From: an uncultured Gemmatimonadales bacterium
GTDB lineage: Bacteria; Gemmatimonadota; Gemmatimonadetes; Longimicrobiales; Gaopeijiaceae
Length of the DNA stretch: 14,520 bases
Assembly: GCA_963823035.1 (NCBI GenBank)
Contig: CAWGKG010000003.1
Span: forward strand, 1-14,520
Reading direction: 5' to 3'
Positions 1 through 10,350 of this stretch are shown here, one piece after another; within the stretch, counting starts at the first letter, position 1, and every line of letters starts with the position of its first letter. The notes below the pieces were generated by a model that saw only the letters and a program-made list of their open reading frames with translations, was not told the DNA's origin and did not search any database. Position numbers and translations under genes: made by a program.

Positions 1-498
1 CAGGCCAGGGATCTCCCCCGGATCCTCCACCCGCAAGGTGTCGATGCTCTCGGCTCCGTCGTCCGGCTTGATCACCAGGGGAAGGCCGAGATGGCCCAGC
101 GGCGGGATGGGCTCCCCGGGGTCGCTGGCCACCCAACGCGGCGTCGGCACCCCGACCGCGTCGAGGCGCTCCTTGATCTCGCGCTTGCTGGTGGTGACCA
201 GCGCGACGTCGTCGGCGCCCACGGTAGGCACCCCGAGGTCCACCAGGGCACGCGGTAGCGACCACCGCGAAGGCTCGCCGAGCAACCAGTATCCGTTGGG
301 CATGGCGAGATCGGGGCGCGTCGCGTCCACGAGTCCGTCGAGCTCGGCGCGTCGGTCAGCCCGGCCCACCACGACGTCGATGCCCACGGATCCGAGGACG
401 CCCACCACGTCGGAGACGACCTCCTCGTCTCCCCAGGCGCGCGCGATCGGCGGCTGGCGGGTGAGCACGACCAGGACTCTCGGGCGCAGGCGTGCCAA
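1..498 (-). CDS. ATP-grasp protein, D-Ala-D-Ala ligase-like (5' part only; runs off the window start)
   Basis: Not in the ORF track because it has no stop inside the window. Manual translation from TTG at 498: MARLRPRVLVVLTRQ...DLGVPTVGADDVALVTTSKREIKERLDAVGVPTPRW...LGLPLVIKPDDGAESID. This matches the Ddl/ATP-grasp pattern 'G+P..G........K...K..L...G+PTP.....P++VKP...G.S'. An in-frame upstream stop at 559-561 bounds the start. Confidence 0.75.
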   Translation of the reverse strand, partial: MARLRPRVLVVLTRQPPIARAWGDEEVVSDVVGVLGSVGIDVVVGRADRRAELDGLVDATRPDLAMPNGYWLLGEPSRWSLPRALVDLGVPTVGADDVALVTTSKREIKERLDAVGVPTPRWVASDPGEPIPPLGHLGLPLVIKPDDGAESIDTLRVEDPGEIPGL

Positions 499-615
499 GG
501 GCGGTCGGGGAAGTGGGGGGAATGGAACCGGGCGGCGTGGCCCGGACGTGCGTACTGTTCAAATGTTCTGCCGGAAAAGCCCGAACACCACGGTGACGTC
601 TATCCGGGAGTAGCC

Positions 616-2160
616 TTGAGCCGAGCCATCCGACAGGCGTGCGACCGCATCGACGAGAGGGGCCGACTCCATCCCGACGACGTGCCGGGGGCCCGAGGCG
701 CCGTCGCCGAGCTGCTCCGCTCGGGCCTTCCTCTCGAGGACCCGGAGGACCTGTTCGGCCCGTGGCGCGACCTCCCGCCGGCGGCGCAGGGGGCGCTCCG
801 GCAGGCCGCGGAGGCCGAGCTGCGCGCCCGCATGGGCCTGCACGCCCACGGACGCATCTGGGTCGGCCTGGCCCGTGCGACGCGCGAGATCGACCGCTGG
901 CTGTCCGAGCACCGAGGATCGAAAGCGCTCCGATCGTTCGTGTACGTCTCCGGGACCCGGATCTGGGTCTGGCCCCGCAGGGCCGGCGACCTGGTGCGGC
1001 ACCGGATACACGTCCGGCATTGGCGCCACGCACGCAGACCGGCCGTTGCGGACCTGTTGGCCGCCGTGGGTCGGGACGCCCAGTGGCTCATGGGCGACTT
1101 CGTCGAGGGCGTGCGGGTCGACCCGCGCTGTCGGGGCTTCTTCCACGATCCCTCCCGCAACGTCGCCTACGCGTACCTCCTCGGCGTCGATCTCGCGCTC
1201 ACGGATCGTGGCGCCGTCTGCTTCGAGTCGAACCTGAACGCGGGTCTCACCCGGCGCGTGCGCGAGCCCCTGTTCGGCCGTGACCCCATCGCCATGGAGC
1301 TAGCGGCGTTCGCGGAGATCCACGGCTTCCGACGCGTGCTCTGGATCGGGGGCATCGCGCCCCTCGAACCCTGGCTGTACCGCCAGCTCCGCGACGAGCT
1401 CGGGGCGAGGTCCATCGAGCTCCGCGTGCTCGAGGACCCACGCTTCCCGCGCCGCACGGACATCCCACCGGATCTCCCGGCTCCCGGGCGCACCCTCTTT
1501 CCGCCCCCCGAGCCGCCACGGGACACCCTCGTGGTGCGGCTGCGCGCGTACAAGCTCGGGTCGGATCGCGTCGTCAGCGAGAAGGACTCCTTCTCCCGTG
1601 CCGTCGGGCGAGACCTGGCGGCCGCCGGGGAGACGCGCGTCGTGGTGAACCCACTCCGCGCGGATCCGGGCCGTGTCGCGTTCCCGGCGGACCCGGGGGT
1701 CCCCAACCTCGTCTACAAGTACCCCGATGCGAATCTGGGTAGAGGGGTCTTCTTCCTGAGGGCCCGCGACGCCGCGCACGCTCGCGAGCTCGGCCACGAG
1801 ATCGACCGGCGGACGGGCGAGCGTGGCGGTCTCTTCGAGCCGTGGATCGCATCGAGGGAGGTGCCCGGCCGCTTCGCGGAGGAGTTCCGGTCCATGCTCC
1901 TGGTGAGCCCCGTAGGGGTCCATTGGATGGGGGCGTACGGCCGGGTCACCCGCACGCCCATGCCCGACACGCTGGACGAGGGCATCGTGGAGGACCGCGC
2001 GCCCTTCATCAGGACCGGGGTCTTCGGAAACGAAAACGTGCCCGTTCGGGACGAGGATCGGGCGCCCCTCCGGGAAGCGTCCCTCGCCCTCGGCGAGAGC
2101 ATCGCCCGCGTGCTGAGCCGGGGCTTCGCGACCTCGCCTGCCCCGGGGGAGCCGGGTTAG
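616..2160 (+). CDS. Uncharacterised 514-aa protein with a circularly permuted ATP-grasp-like ligase domain
   Basis: TTG start preceded by GGGAG (606-610) and GC-rich third positions. The motif GVDLALTDRGAVCFESNLNAG (D...ExN metal-binding strand) lies N-terminal to VYKYPDANLGRGVFFL and LFEPWI...GAYGRV, the order seen in circularly permuted ATP-grasps. Confidence 0.7.
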   Translation: MSRAIRQACDRIDERGRLHPDDVPGARGAVAELLRSGLPLEDPEDLFGPWRDLPPAAQGALRQAAEAELRARMGLHAHGRIWVGLARATREIDRWLSEHRGSKALRSFVYVSGTRIWVWPRRAGDLVRHRIHVRHWRHARRPAVADLLAAVGRDAQWLMGDFVEGVRVDPRCRGFFHDPSRNVAYAYLLGVDLALTDRGAVCFESNLNAGLTRRVREPLFGRDPIAMELAAFAEIHGFRRVLWIGGIAPLEPWLYRQLRDELGARSIELRVLEDPRFPRRTDIPPDLPAPGRTLFPPPEPPRDTLVVRLRAYKLGSDRVVSEKDSFSRAVGRDLAAAGETRVVVNPLRADPGRVAFPADPGVPNLVYKYPDANLGRGVFFLRARDAAHARELGHEIDRRTGERGGLFEPWIASREVPGRFAEEFRSMLLVSPVGVHWMGAYGRVTRTPMPDTLDEGIVEDRAPFIRTGVFGNENVPVRDEDRAPLREASLALGESIARVLSRGFATSPAPGEPG

Positions 2161-2183
2161 TCAGGGCGACGAAGCCATGCCCC

Positions 2184-3292
2184 TCAGGACGCGCGCCGCG
2201 TGCGGCGGGCCCGGCGCGCGAGCAGGGGCTGGAGGGTCGCGGCCGCGATCGGCTTCAGGATCGGCTTGAAGGGTCGCAGCAGCGCCCTGGCGAGCCTGAA
2301 GCGTACGGCGCCCGGTTCCGTCGTGGCCCCCCGCGTCTCGAGCTCCCGCCTCGCCGCACGGACCAGGGCCGGGTCCAGAGCAGGCCGTATGGGCCTCCCC
2401 TCGGGGACGGCCTCGAGCAGGTCGGCGAAGGCCGCCGCGAATGCCGTGGCGAAGTGGGCTCGGCGCACCTCACGGAGCGCCTGGAGCTCGGGCGGCGGCG
2501 GCGCGACGCCGTGGGCTCGACGCAGCAGCGGCAGGGTGTTGATCTCCCAGCAGACCACGCGGCCGTCCTTCATCGAGTAGTCCATCCGCCCGAACGTGGT
2601 GCCGCTCAGCGCGAAGATGTCTGCGAGCTGCGCCGCGTGCGGGTTGTCGAACACGAACCGGTTCTCGGCCTCGATGGTCTCCGGGTTCACGTCCGCGGCG
2701 TGCCGCCGCATGACCCAGCCCGATCCACGGTCGAGGGTGCTCGGCACGATCCGGTCGCCGACCACGTAGGCCGCGTACTTGGTGAAGACGCCGTCGACGG
2801 ACGTGTCCTGGAACTCCACGACGATGAGGTCGTCCGGGCCTCGGCCGTCCATGAGCGCCTTGCCCAGGTCGGATTCGACCTCGCGGAGGGTATGGACAAG
2901 CGTCGGGACTCCCCCGTCGGCCTCCCGCGGCCGCACGAAGGCGGGAAAGCGGACGCCCGAGTAGTCCTCCCACGCGCCGTACGCGGTGAATCCGCTGAGC
3001 CCGTTGTCGTGCAACGCCCTCAGGAGCTCGTAGCGGCGGAGCGTGTGCAGGGGATGGTTCAGGGGACGTATACCCGTCTCCGCCTCGATCTGCTCGTGGA
3101 GCCCGGCGAAGAGACGGGCAGTGTGCGGTCCGAGTCGGTTGATCCCGGTGAAGACATAGAGGCCGTGGGGCAGCTCCTCGGCACCCAGGACGTCCTCGTA
3201 GGCGAGCACGCTCGCCTTTCCCTCGAGCCCGGCGCGGGTGATGTAGTCGGCTGCGGTATCCGGGCTTTCCCCGGTGTGAGGAAGTGGATCAT
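2184..3292 (-). CDS. ATP-grasp-like hypothetical protein (apparent 1-nt frameshift near the start)
   Basis: ATG at 3292 overlaps the symporter TGA (ATGA). MIHFLT shifts at about 3275 into the 384-aa track frame (...GESPDTAADYI...). Motifs RFPAFVRP, LIVVEF, KYAAYVVGDRI and FGRMDYSMKDGRVVCWEINTLP (D..ExN) are typical of the ATP-grasp fold. Confidence 0.7.
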
Positions 3293-4656
3293 GCGTCGGC
3301 CCGCAGCGCGACCTGCGCCTCCACCGAAGGCGGGGCACCGACCGGCACGGATCCGGGCAGGCGGCTGTCCCGGGTCAGCACCGTGGCGGCGCTCATGTCC
3401 GCCGTGACGTTGAGGAGCGTCATGAAGAAGTCCGGTATCGTCTTCACCGCCTCGACGAGCACGACGGCCTCGATGGGAATGCCGACGGCGAGGTAGAGGG
3501 GAAGGGTCTTGAAGCCACCTCCGCCCCGAGGCACGCCCGCGACCCCGAAGCTGAGGAGCGTGGCGACGAGGATGAACGTGGCGACGTCGCCTGCGCCGAG
3601 CGGAATGCCGAAGAAGTGGGCGAGCAGCAGGAACTTGAAGAGCGGCGAGATACCCTGGTTGAGCTTGAAGGTGGAGACGCACAGCGGGAGTACGAAGCCC
3701 GTGGCGTGATCGGGCAACCTCATGTGCGTCCGTCCGCCCTCGATGAGGGCGGGCAGCGAGGCGAGGGACGACTGCGTCCCCACCGCGACGAGCTGCGCCG
3801 GGGCCGCCGAGCGGGCGAACTGCCGGAACGTGGTCCGCCCCAGAGCCACGGTCAGCGGGTAGAGCATCAGCGTGGTGAAGATCAACAGACTGCACAGGAC
3901 CACGACGTACCAGCCCAGCAGGCTCACCGCCCCCAGCCCCGCCTCCAGCGACAGCCCGAGGATCAGGGCGAAGACCCCCAGGGGGGTCCCCCAGAGGATC
4001 CAGCTCACCAGGATCATCGTGGCGTCTGGCGAGCCCCCGGATGAGCCGGGCCAACGGATCGCGCGTCTCGGCGGGCAGGCGTCCGATGGCCAGCCCGCCC
4101 AGGATCGTGAACGCGAGGATCTGAAGGATGTCGCCGCGCGCCGCCGCCTCGACGGGGTTCCTGGGAAGCAGGTTCTCGAGCCAGTCGCCGAAGGTGGTGG
4201 TTCCCCGGCGGGCGGCCTCGAGGGCCGCCTCGGGGATCGACTCGACGTGGAGCGCGGAGACCACCTCGGGGGACACGTGGTAGTGGGCCAGGATCGGCGG
4301 CGCCACCAGCACCGTCATCAGGCCCGCGCCGACGAGCATGGTCACGAACAGCACCACGGCCCTCCCGCCCAGGCGGCCCACCGCTCCCGGCGCTCCCCGG
4401 CCGCACGATGGCGGCGAGGAGCTGGGTCACCACGAGGGGGATGACCGTCATCTGGAGCGCGTTCACCCAGACGGTGCCGGCCGGCCGCACCAGGCCCGAA
4501 AGCGTCCGGATGAGCTCGACGTCACCCACCTTGCCCAGGAAGCCGAGCAGGAGGCCCAGGGCGAGAGCCGCCAGCGACCAGAGCCCCAGGGACGGGCTGA
4601 ACCGCCCATGCGGGCTGTCCGAGGGAGGAGTGCTGGGAGTGTTGCCGATCAGCCAC
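3289..4656 (-). CDS. Dicarboxylate/amino acid:cation symporter (DAACS/SDF, GltP/DctA family); two apparent frameshifts, start uncertain
   Basis: Three consecutive ORF pieces join up: GTVWVNALQMTVIPLVV (4014..4907 frame), LLPRNPVEAAARGDILQILAFTIL (3059..4381 frame), and TPLGVFAL...GTQSSLASLP...FVLPL...GVAGVPRG...DFFMTLLNVTAD (3289..4017 frame). Shifts fall at about 4400 and about 4030. Confidence 0.9.
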
Positions 4657-5066
4657 AGTTGACACAGGTATGCGACCCGAACGCGGCGGACCGCGCCGTC
4701 GCCGCCGAGGGGCAATGCCGGCCTTCGCCTTGTGGTTACTCCACTTCCGGCCCGGGGCCCCGGGGGAGCCTGCAGGTCCAGGCCGGATAGGCTGCACGTT
4801 GCAGGCCACCCGGACGGGTCCGCAAGGGGAATGGGGTGACGCGGAGCGCCGCAGACCAGGCGGGCGGGCCCTGGCGCAGCCGATCGGCGGCGGACTTCGA
4901 CATCCATGTCGTATCGTACGTCATCGGGGCGCGCCGCCTACGACAGAAGACGCATGGGGCGCGCGTCCCGCAGAGGCCATCGTGCAGCAAAGGCGAGGGC
5001 CGCCGAGTTGCCACGGACGTCGGCATTGGCCGACGCGTTGGACAGCCCCGAACACGGGAGACACGC

Positions 5067-5870
5067 ATGAGGACGTACGCACCCGCAGCATGGACCGCAC
5101 TGGCCGCAGGCTTGTTGCTCGCTCCCCTGCCCGCCGTGGGCCAGCTGTCCCACGCCCTGCCCGCGTCGGACGGAGGCGTCGAGCTCGCGGTGGCCAAGCC
5201 GTTCTTCGAGAACGGTGACGCCGGCGCGGCCACCGGAGTGCTGCTCGCCCGCGCCGCCATCCCCACGTCCGGAGACTTCTCGCTCTTCGCCGAGTGGGGC
5301 GTGAGCCACGGCACCTACGCCGGGAGCTCCGGCAACACCACCACCTCCAACCTGGCCCTGGGCGCAGCCTTCGGAAGCGCGGAGGCCACCTCCGGCAGCG
5401 TCATGGTGAGCCTCCCCGTCGCCAGCGAGTCGGGCGACGACGACTTCGCCACCTTCGTGGGTCTGTTCACCGACCCCGACCACCTGGAGCGGTTCCTCCC
5501 CGACGTGTGGGCGGCGGAGGCGGCCGTGCGATCCCTGCGCATGCTGGATTCGGGGTCCGCGGTGGGCATCCGCGTCGCCGGAACCGTCATGGGATCGTCA
5601 CAGGAGGGGGCCGACACCGAGCTCTACACCCGATATTCGGCCTTCGGTCGGGTGCCGGCGGGGAGCGCCCATCTCGGGGCCGAGATCTCGGGCGTGGCGA
5701 TCCTGTCCGAGGGCGGCCTGGATCTCGGAGAGCGCACGTTCCACCACCTGACCGCGTTCGCGGGGCTGCCCGAGGTCGGGGGGGCGCCGGAGCTCTACGT
5801 CCGCATCCCCCTGGATTCGGACTTCAACGACGTGGTGACCGCCGTGGTGGGGGTGCGGGTCACGTTCTGA
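5067..5870 (+). CDS. Secreted protein, probable outer-membrane beta-barrel (267 aa)
   Basis: GGGAG RBS at 5056-5060 and ATG at 5067. Signal peptide MRTYAPAAWTALAAGLLLAPLPAVGQ, alternating amphipathic strands, and a C-terminal beta-signal VVGVRVTF. Confidence 0.8.
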   Translation: MRTYAPAAWTALAAGLLLAPLPAVGQLSHALPASDGGVELAVAKPFFENGDAGAATGVLLARAAIPTSGDFSLFAEWGVSHGTYAGSSGNTTTSNLALGAAFGSAEATSGSVMVSLPVASESGDDDFATFVGLFTDPDHLERFLPDVWAAEAAVRSLRMLDSGSAVGIRVAGTVMGSSQEGADTELYTRYSAFGRVPAGSAHLGAEISGVAILSEGGLDLGERTFHHLTAFAGLPEVGGAPELYVRIPLDSDFNDVVTAVVGVRVTF

Positions 5871-5929
5871 GGACGCGTGTGCGCTCGGCACACCGGCCTC
5901 CTGGAGCTGGCCGGAGGCCCCGCCGCGTC

Positions 5930-6590
5930 GAACGCGGACTACCGGATCCGCGCTGATCGTGCACTTCGACTCCTGGATGAAGTCTGGTGCGTGAACTCGA
6001 CCACTGAGCGATACGTGCCGGGACTGCTGCGGTTGTCCGACGACACCTCCTGCTCGTCGCCCGGCTCCAGGTACATCCATGTGATGGTCGACCCTTGCGT
6101 CCGCGTGATGGAGTCTCCCCGTCGATGCCGCAGGTCTCCGATGAAACGACGTCTGGCCGACCGTGACCATGAAGCTCGTACATGACGGGGTGCATCGTGG
6201 TGACGAAATGAGCGGTCGGAGTTGTTCACGTAGGCCCTGTGACATCGAACGTCGTGACTGGTGTGCTGTACGAGCAGTCACCGACGGTGTGGGTCCAGTC
6301 GAACGTCACCGTACCGCCGGTGATGATGTAACGGGGGTCGGGGTCCTCGGGGTCCGTCCAGGCGCGAACGTCAGCGTCGGGTCGGCACTGGAGTGGGTGG
6401 GCGTGTTCGGTATGCCGGTCCAGCTCGACGTGTGCGCCGTCCAGCATGATCCAGGTGCCCCGACCGCCGCCCAGACGGAAGCGGATGGCCCCGTCGTCCG
6501 ACTGGCCGGTCGCGATGGGGCCCCGAGGCCCGCGAGCGGCAGTGGGCGGACTGCCCGGCGGCACCGCGGGGGTACCGCTGCCGCCGTCAC
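5930..6590 (-). pseudogene. Fragmented coding-like sequence, possible remnant of a secreted/lipoprotein gene
   Basis: Protein-like beta-rich segments occur in changing frames: GDGGSGTPAVPPGSPPT..., DPEDPDPRYIITGGTVTFDWTHTVGDCSYSTPVTTFDVTG, MYELHGHGRPDVVSSETCG, TITWMYLEPGDEQEVSSDNR, FIQESKCTISAD. There is no single intact ORF. Confidence 0.4.
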
Positions 6591-6657
6591 CATGGACGGT
6601 CCGTCGAGGGTCGTCGTACTATGTGCCGGGTAGGCTAGACCCTCCATCCGGTTCCTC

Positions 6658-7239
6658 ATGGCACAGTCCGGCGCCGCCCGCGAGACCGTGACCTCGCTAC
6701 TCGTTTCGGCAGAAGCCGACAACGAGGACGTGTGGGACCGCCTGCTGCCGCTCGTGTACGAGGAGTTCCGCGTCCTGGCGCGCAGGCAGCTGGCCCGTGC
6801 GGGGGCGAACGCCACGCTGGCCACCACCGACCTGGTGCACGAGGCCTACCTCCGTCTCGTCGACGGCACGCGCGTGATGACGCACGGCCGGCGCTACTTC
6901 TTCGGCGCCGCCGCCCGGGCGATGAGACAGGTGCTGGTGGACCACGCGCGGCGCCGTCGCCGGGAGAAGCGAGGAGGAGGTCTGCGCCCTCTGTCGCTGG
7001 GGGCCGCACGGCTCGTGGCGGAGCCCGACGCAGAACATCTGATCGAACTGGACCGGGCGCTGGGGCAGCTCGCGGACAGCTACCCGCGCGCCGTCCGGGT
7101 GGTGGAGTGTCGCTTCTTCGCGGGATTGAGCGTCGAGGAGACGTGCGGCGTCCTCGGGATCGCCCCACGGACCGTCAAGCGCGACTGGGCGCTGGCCCGG
7201 GCCTGGCTGCAACGCGAGCTGGAGGGGGGCGAAGCGTGA
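6658..7239 (+). CDS. ECF RNA polymerase sigma factor, TIGR02999/ECF43-like (kinase-associated)
   Basis: Motifs VTSLL...LLPLVYEEFRVLA...TLATTDLVHEAYLRL...YFFGAAARAMRQVLVDHARRR..KRGGG...VVECRFFAGLSVEET...RTVKRDWALARAWL. Confidence 0.95.
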   Translation: MAQSGAARETVTSLLVSAEADNEDVWDRLLPLVYEEFRVLARRQLARAGANATLATTDLVHEAYLRLVDGTRVMTHGRRYFFGAAARAMRQVLVDHARRRRREKRGGGLRPLSLGAARLVAEPDAEHLIELDRALGQLADSYPRAVRVVECRFFAGLSVEETCGVLGIAPRTVKRDWALARAWLQRELEGGEA

Positions 7240-10182
7240 GCGGCATCCGAAGGCTACCGCCGATCGAGCTGCGTGAGGCGGTCGCCGAGGTCTTCGCAGA
7301 AGCACTGGAACGGCCGACCGCCGACCGCGCGGCGTTCCTCGACACGGCCTGCCGCGATCGACCCGAGGTCCGGGTGGAGGTGGAATCCCTGCTGGCGGCA
7401 CACGGCCGGGCCTCCGGGCTCCTCGATCCGCCCGACCCCGGGTGGGTCGTGGCCGCGCTGGCGGAAGTCGGGCAGCCGGCGGGAACCGGAGAGCGCCTCG
7501 GCCCGTACCGCGTCCTCCGCGAGCTCGGCCGCGGGGGGATGGGTGCGGTGTATCTCGCCGAGCGCGTGGACGGACAGTTCGAGCAGCGCGTGGCGCTCAA
7601 GCTCGTGCGCGACCGCTCGGGCTCGGAAGACCTGGTCGAACGGTTCCTCCGCGAACGGCGCATCCTGGCTCGCCTCACGCACCCCAACATCGCGCGTCTG
7701 CTCGACGGAGGCGTGACGGAGGACGGGCGGCCGTTCCTCGCGATGGAGTACGTGGACGGCACTCCGATCACCACATACTGCGACGAGCGCCGGCTCGATG
7801 TCGACGCGCGCCTACGCCTCTTCCTGGACGCCTGCGAGGCCGTGGCCTACGCGCATCGCAGCCTCGTCGTGCACCGCGACCTCAAGCCCGGCAACATCTT
7901 CGTGTCGGGCGATGGACGCGTGAAGCTCCTGGACTTCGGCATCGCCAAGCTGTTGGAGCCGGACAGCGAGATGGATGCCGCCACGCTCACCGTCGCCGGC
8001 TTCCAACTATTGACGCCGGAGTACGCCGCGCCGGAGCAGGTCCGGGGCGAGCCCGTCACGACGGCCACCGACGTCTACGGGCTCGGCGCGGTCCTGTACG
8101 AGCTGCTCTCCGGCTACCGGCCTCATCGCTTCCGGGAGCGGACGTTGGCGGAGGTCGTGCGCGTGCTCTCGGAGACGATGCCGGAGCCGCCCAGCACGAC
8201 CGCGACGCAGGAGACGGCGGCGAAGGGTACGGATGGGAGCACGGGGAACCGAACGCCTTCCGGAGATCGCTGCGGCCCGCGGAATCACGCCGGACCAGCT
8301 ACGGCGACGGCTCGCGGGCGACCTCGACGCCATCGTGCTCACTGCCCTCCGGCGCGAGCCGGAGCGGCGCTATCCCTCCGCGGAAGCCGTAGCGGAGGAC
8401 CTGCGCCGCCACCTCGCGCGTCGACCGGTCGCTGCGCGGCGGGACAGCGCGTTCTACCGCCTGGGTCGCTTCGTGGGGAGAAATCGGGTCGCGGTGGCGG
8501 CCAGCGTGGTGGCCGTGGCGGCGCTGGTGGCCGGGCTCGTCGGAACCACGTGGCAGGCACGAGCGGCGTCGCGCCACGCGCTCCGGGCCGACCGGGTCAG
8601 CCAGTTCGTCGTCGGTCTGTTCGAGGCCGCCGATCCCGACCAGGCGGAGGGCGATACGATCACCGCACGAGGGCTCCTGGACCGGGGCACGGAGCGGCTG
8701 GAGCGCGAGCTCGAAGCGGAGCCCGCGGTACGGGCCGACATGCTCGGGGTGCTCGGCAAGATCTATCAGAGGCTGGGGCTCTACGACCAGGCGCGTCCGT
8801 TGCTGGAGGAGGCGAAGCAAGCACGGGAGGGGCTCGTCGGGCCCCGGGACCTGGAGACCGCCGAGAGCACGGCGGATCTGGCGTCGCTCCTCTACGACCA
8901 GGGCGAATATGCCGCTGCCGAGGAACTGGCCCGCAGCGCGCTCGAGGTCCGGCGCGAGCTTCTGGGTCCCGGGGATACGCTGGTGGCCGTGAGCCTGGGG
9001 AATCTGGCCGCCATCCTCGACGCGGAGGGAGCTCTGGCCGCGGCCGACAGCCTGTACAGGGAGGGCCTGGCCATCAACCGGAGGCGGGGCTCCCGCAACG
9101 CCATCGCCGGCAGCCTCAGCGACCTCGGTGTGGCCCTCTGGCGCGAGGGGAGGTACGCGGAGGCCGAGCCCCTCGCCGAGGAAGCGCTCGCGCTGCGGCG
9201 TGAGATCCACGGTGGAGACCACACGGAGGTGGCCGTGAGCCTCCTCAACCTCGCCACGATCCTCGCCGACGCCGGGGACTACGAGCGAGCGGAGCCGCTG
9301 CTACGCGAGTGCCTGGCCATGCGTCGAAGGCTTCTGGGGGACCGGCACCCGGACGTCGCCCTGACGCTGAACAACCTCGGCGGCCTTCTCCAGGCGGAGG
9401 GGCGGTTGGAGGAGTCGGAACAGGTGCACCGCGAGGCGATGGAGATCCGGCGGGCGACATTGGGCGACGATCACCCCGACGTCGCGGCGAGCCTCAACAA
9501 CCTCGGCGTCGTTCTGTATCTCGAAAAGGACTGGGGTCAGGCCGCCGACGCCTTCGAGCAGGCGCTCGCGATCTGGCGGAAGACGCTGGGCGAGACCCAT
9601 CCCAGCGTGCTCACCGGTCTCAACAACCTCGGCGCCGCCCGGCGCGAGCAAGGTGATCTCGAGGGCGCGGAGCGTGCCCTTCGCGAGGCGCTGTCGCAGC
9701 GACGCAAGGCCCTCGGGGACGCCCACCCCGACGTTGGCCAGAGCTTCAACAACCTCGCCGAGCTCCTCGCGCGCAAGGGCGACTACGAGGAAGCCGAGGC
9801 GATGTTCCGCCGGGCGCTCACGACCTGGCGCAGCGCGCTGGGCGTCGACCATCCCACGGTCGCCGTGGGCCTGGTGGGGCTGGGGCGGATGATGCGCGCA
9901 CGCGGGCGCTGCGCCGAGGCGGAGCCGTTGCTGCGCGAGGCACTGGCGATCCGTGAACGCAAGCTGGACCCGGCCGGCGTCCCGGTCGCCAGCGCGCGTC
10001 TCGAGTTGGGAAGCTGCCTCGTCACGTCCGGGCGCTTCGCCGAGGCCGAGCCGCTTCTGCGCGCGAGCTACTCGACCTTCCTGGCAGCCAGGGGCGAGGC
10101 TGACGAGGACACGCAGCGAGCGCGGAGGATGCTCGCCCGGGCGACTGCCGCATCGGGAGACCGGGGCGAGATCCGACACTGA
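7236..10182 (+). CDS. Hanks-type Ser/Thr protein kinase with a transmembrane helix and C-terminal TPR array (one apparent frameshift at about 8220-8260)
   Basis: GTG start overlaps the sigma stop (GTGA). Kinase motifs [33 protein letters not shown] and DVYGLG are present. The protein continues in the 8233..10182 frame with [19 protein letters not shown], a TM segment [19 protein letters not shown], then TPRs. Confidence 0.95.
8734..10110 (+). repeat. About 11 tandem ~42-aa TPR repeats (coding repeat within the kinase gene)
   Basis: Recurring unit A.SLNNL...L...G.Y.EAE....EAL..RR..LG..HPDV in the translation. Confidence 0.85.
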
Positions 10183-10350
10183 GCAGGTCGCGTGTCGAAG
10201 GACCGCTCGCCAGCGTCGTGGCCCCTTTCGCATCCGAACGACGCACGGAAGGGCAGGACACGCCCAGCCCTCCCGACGACCTCCACGGCCCGAAGAGGAG
10301 CAGGGCGCGAGGACGCGAGTTCCCGTCGACCCGAGAGCGAGGAGGGCAGG

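Noticed and set aside
1842..3407. 521-aa plus-strand ORF and similar long Arg/Pro/Gly-rich overlapping ORFs across the window
   Set aside because: These are shadow ORFs expected in high-GC DNA, overlapping better-supported genes.
4660..5066. About 400-bp divergent intergenic region as a riboswitch/ncRNA or sigma54 promoter
   Set aside because: It contains only short GC-rich inverted repeats with no recognisable RNA family, and TGGCCG-N5-TTGG lacks the invariant -12 GC.
6732..9203. 823-aa ORF taken as the kinase gene
   Set aside because: Only 7236 to about 8240 is kinase. The rest is out-of-frame read-through of the sigma and TPR regions caused by one frameshift.
8734..10110. Periodic DNA repeats (e.g. 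CTCAACAACCTCGGC) suggesting a CRISPR or tandem array
   Set aside because: They are explained by the 42-aa TPR coding repeats; there is no repeat-spacer structure and no cas genes.
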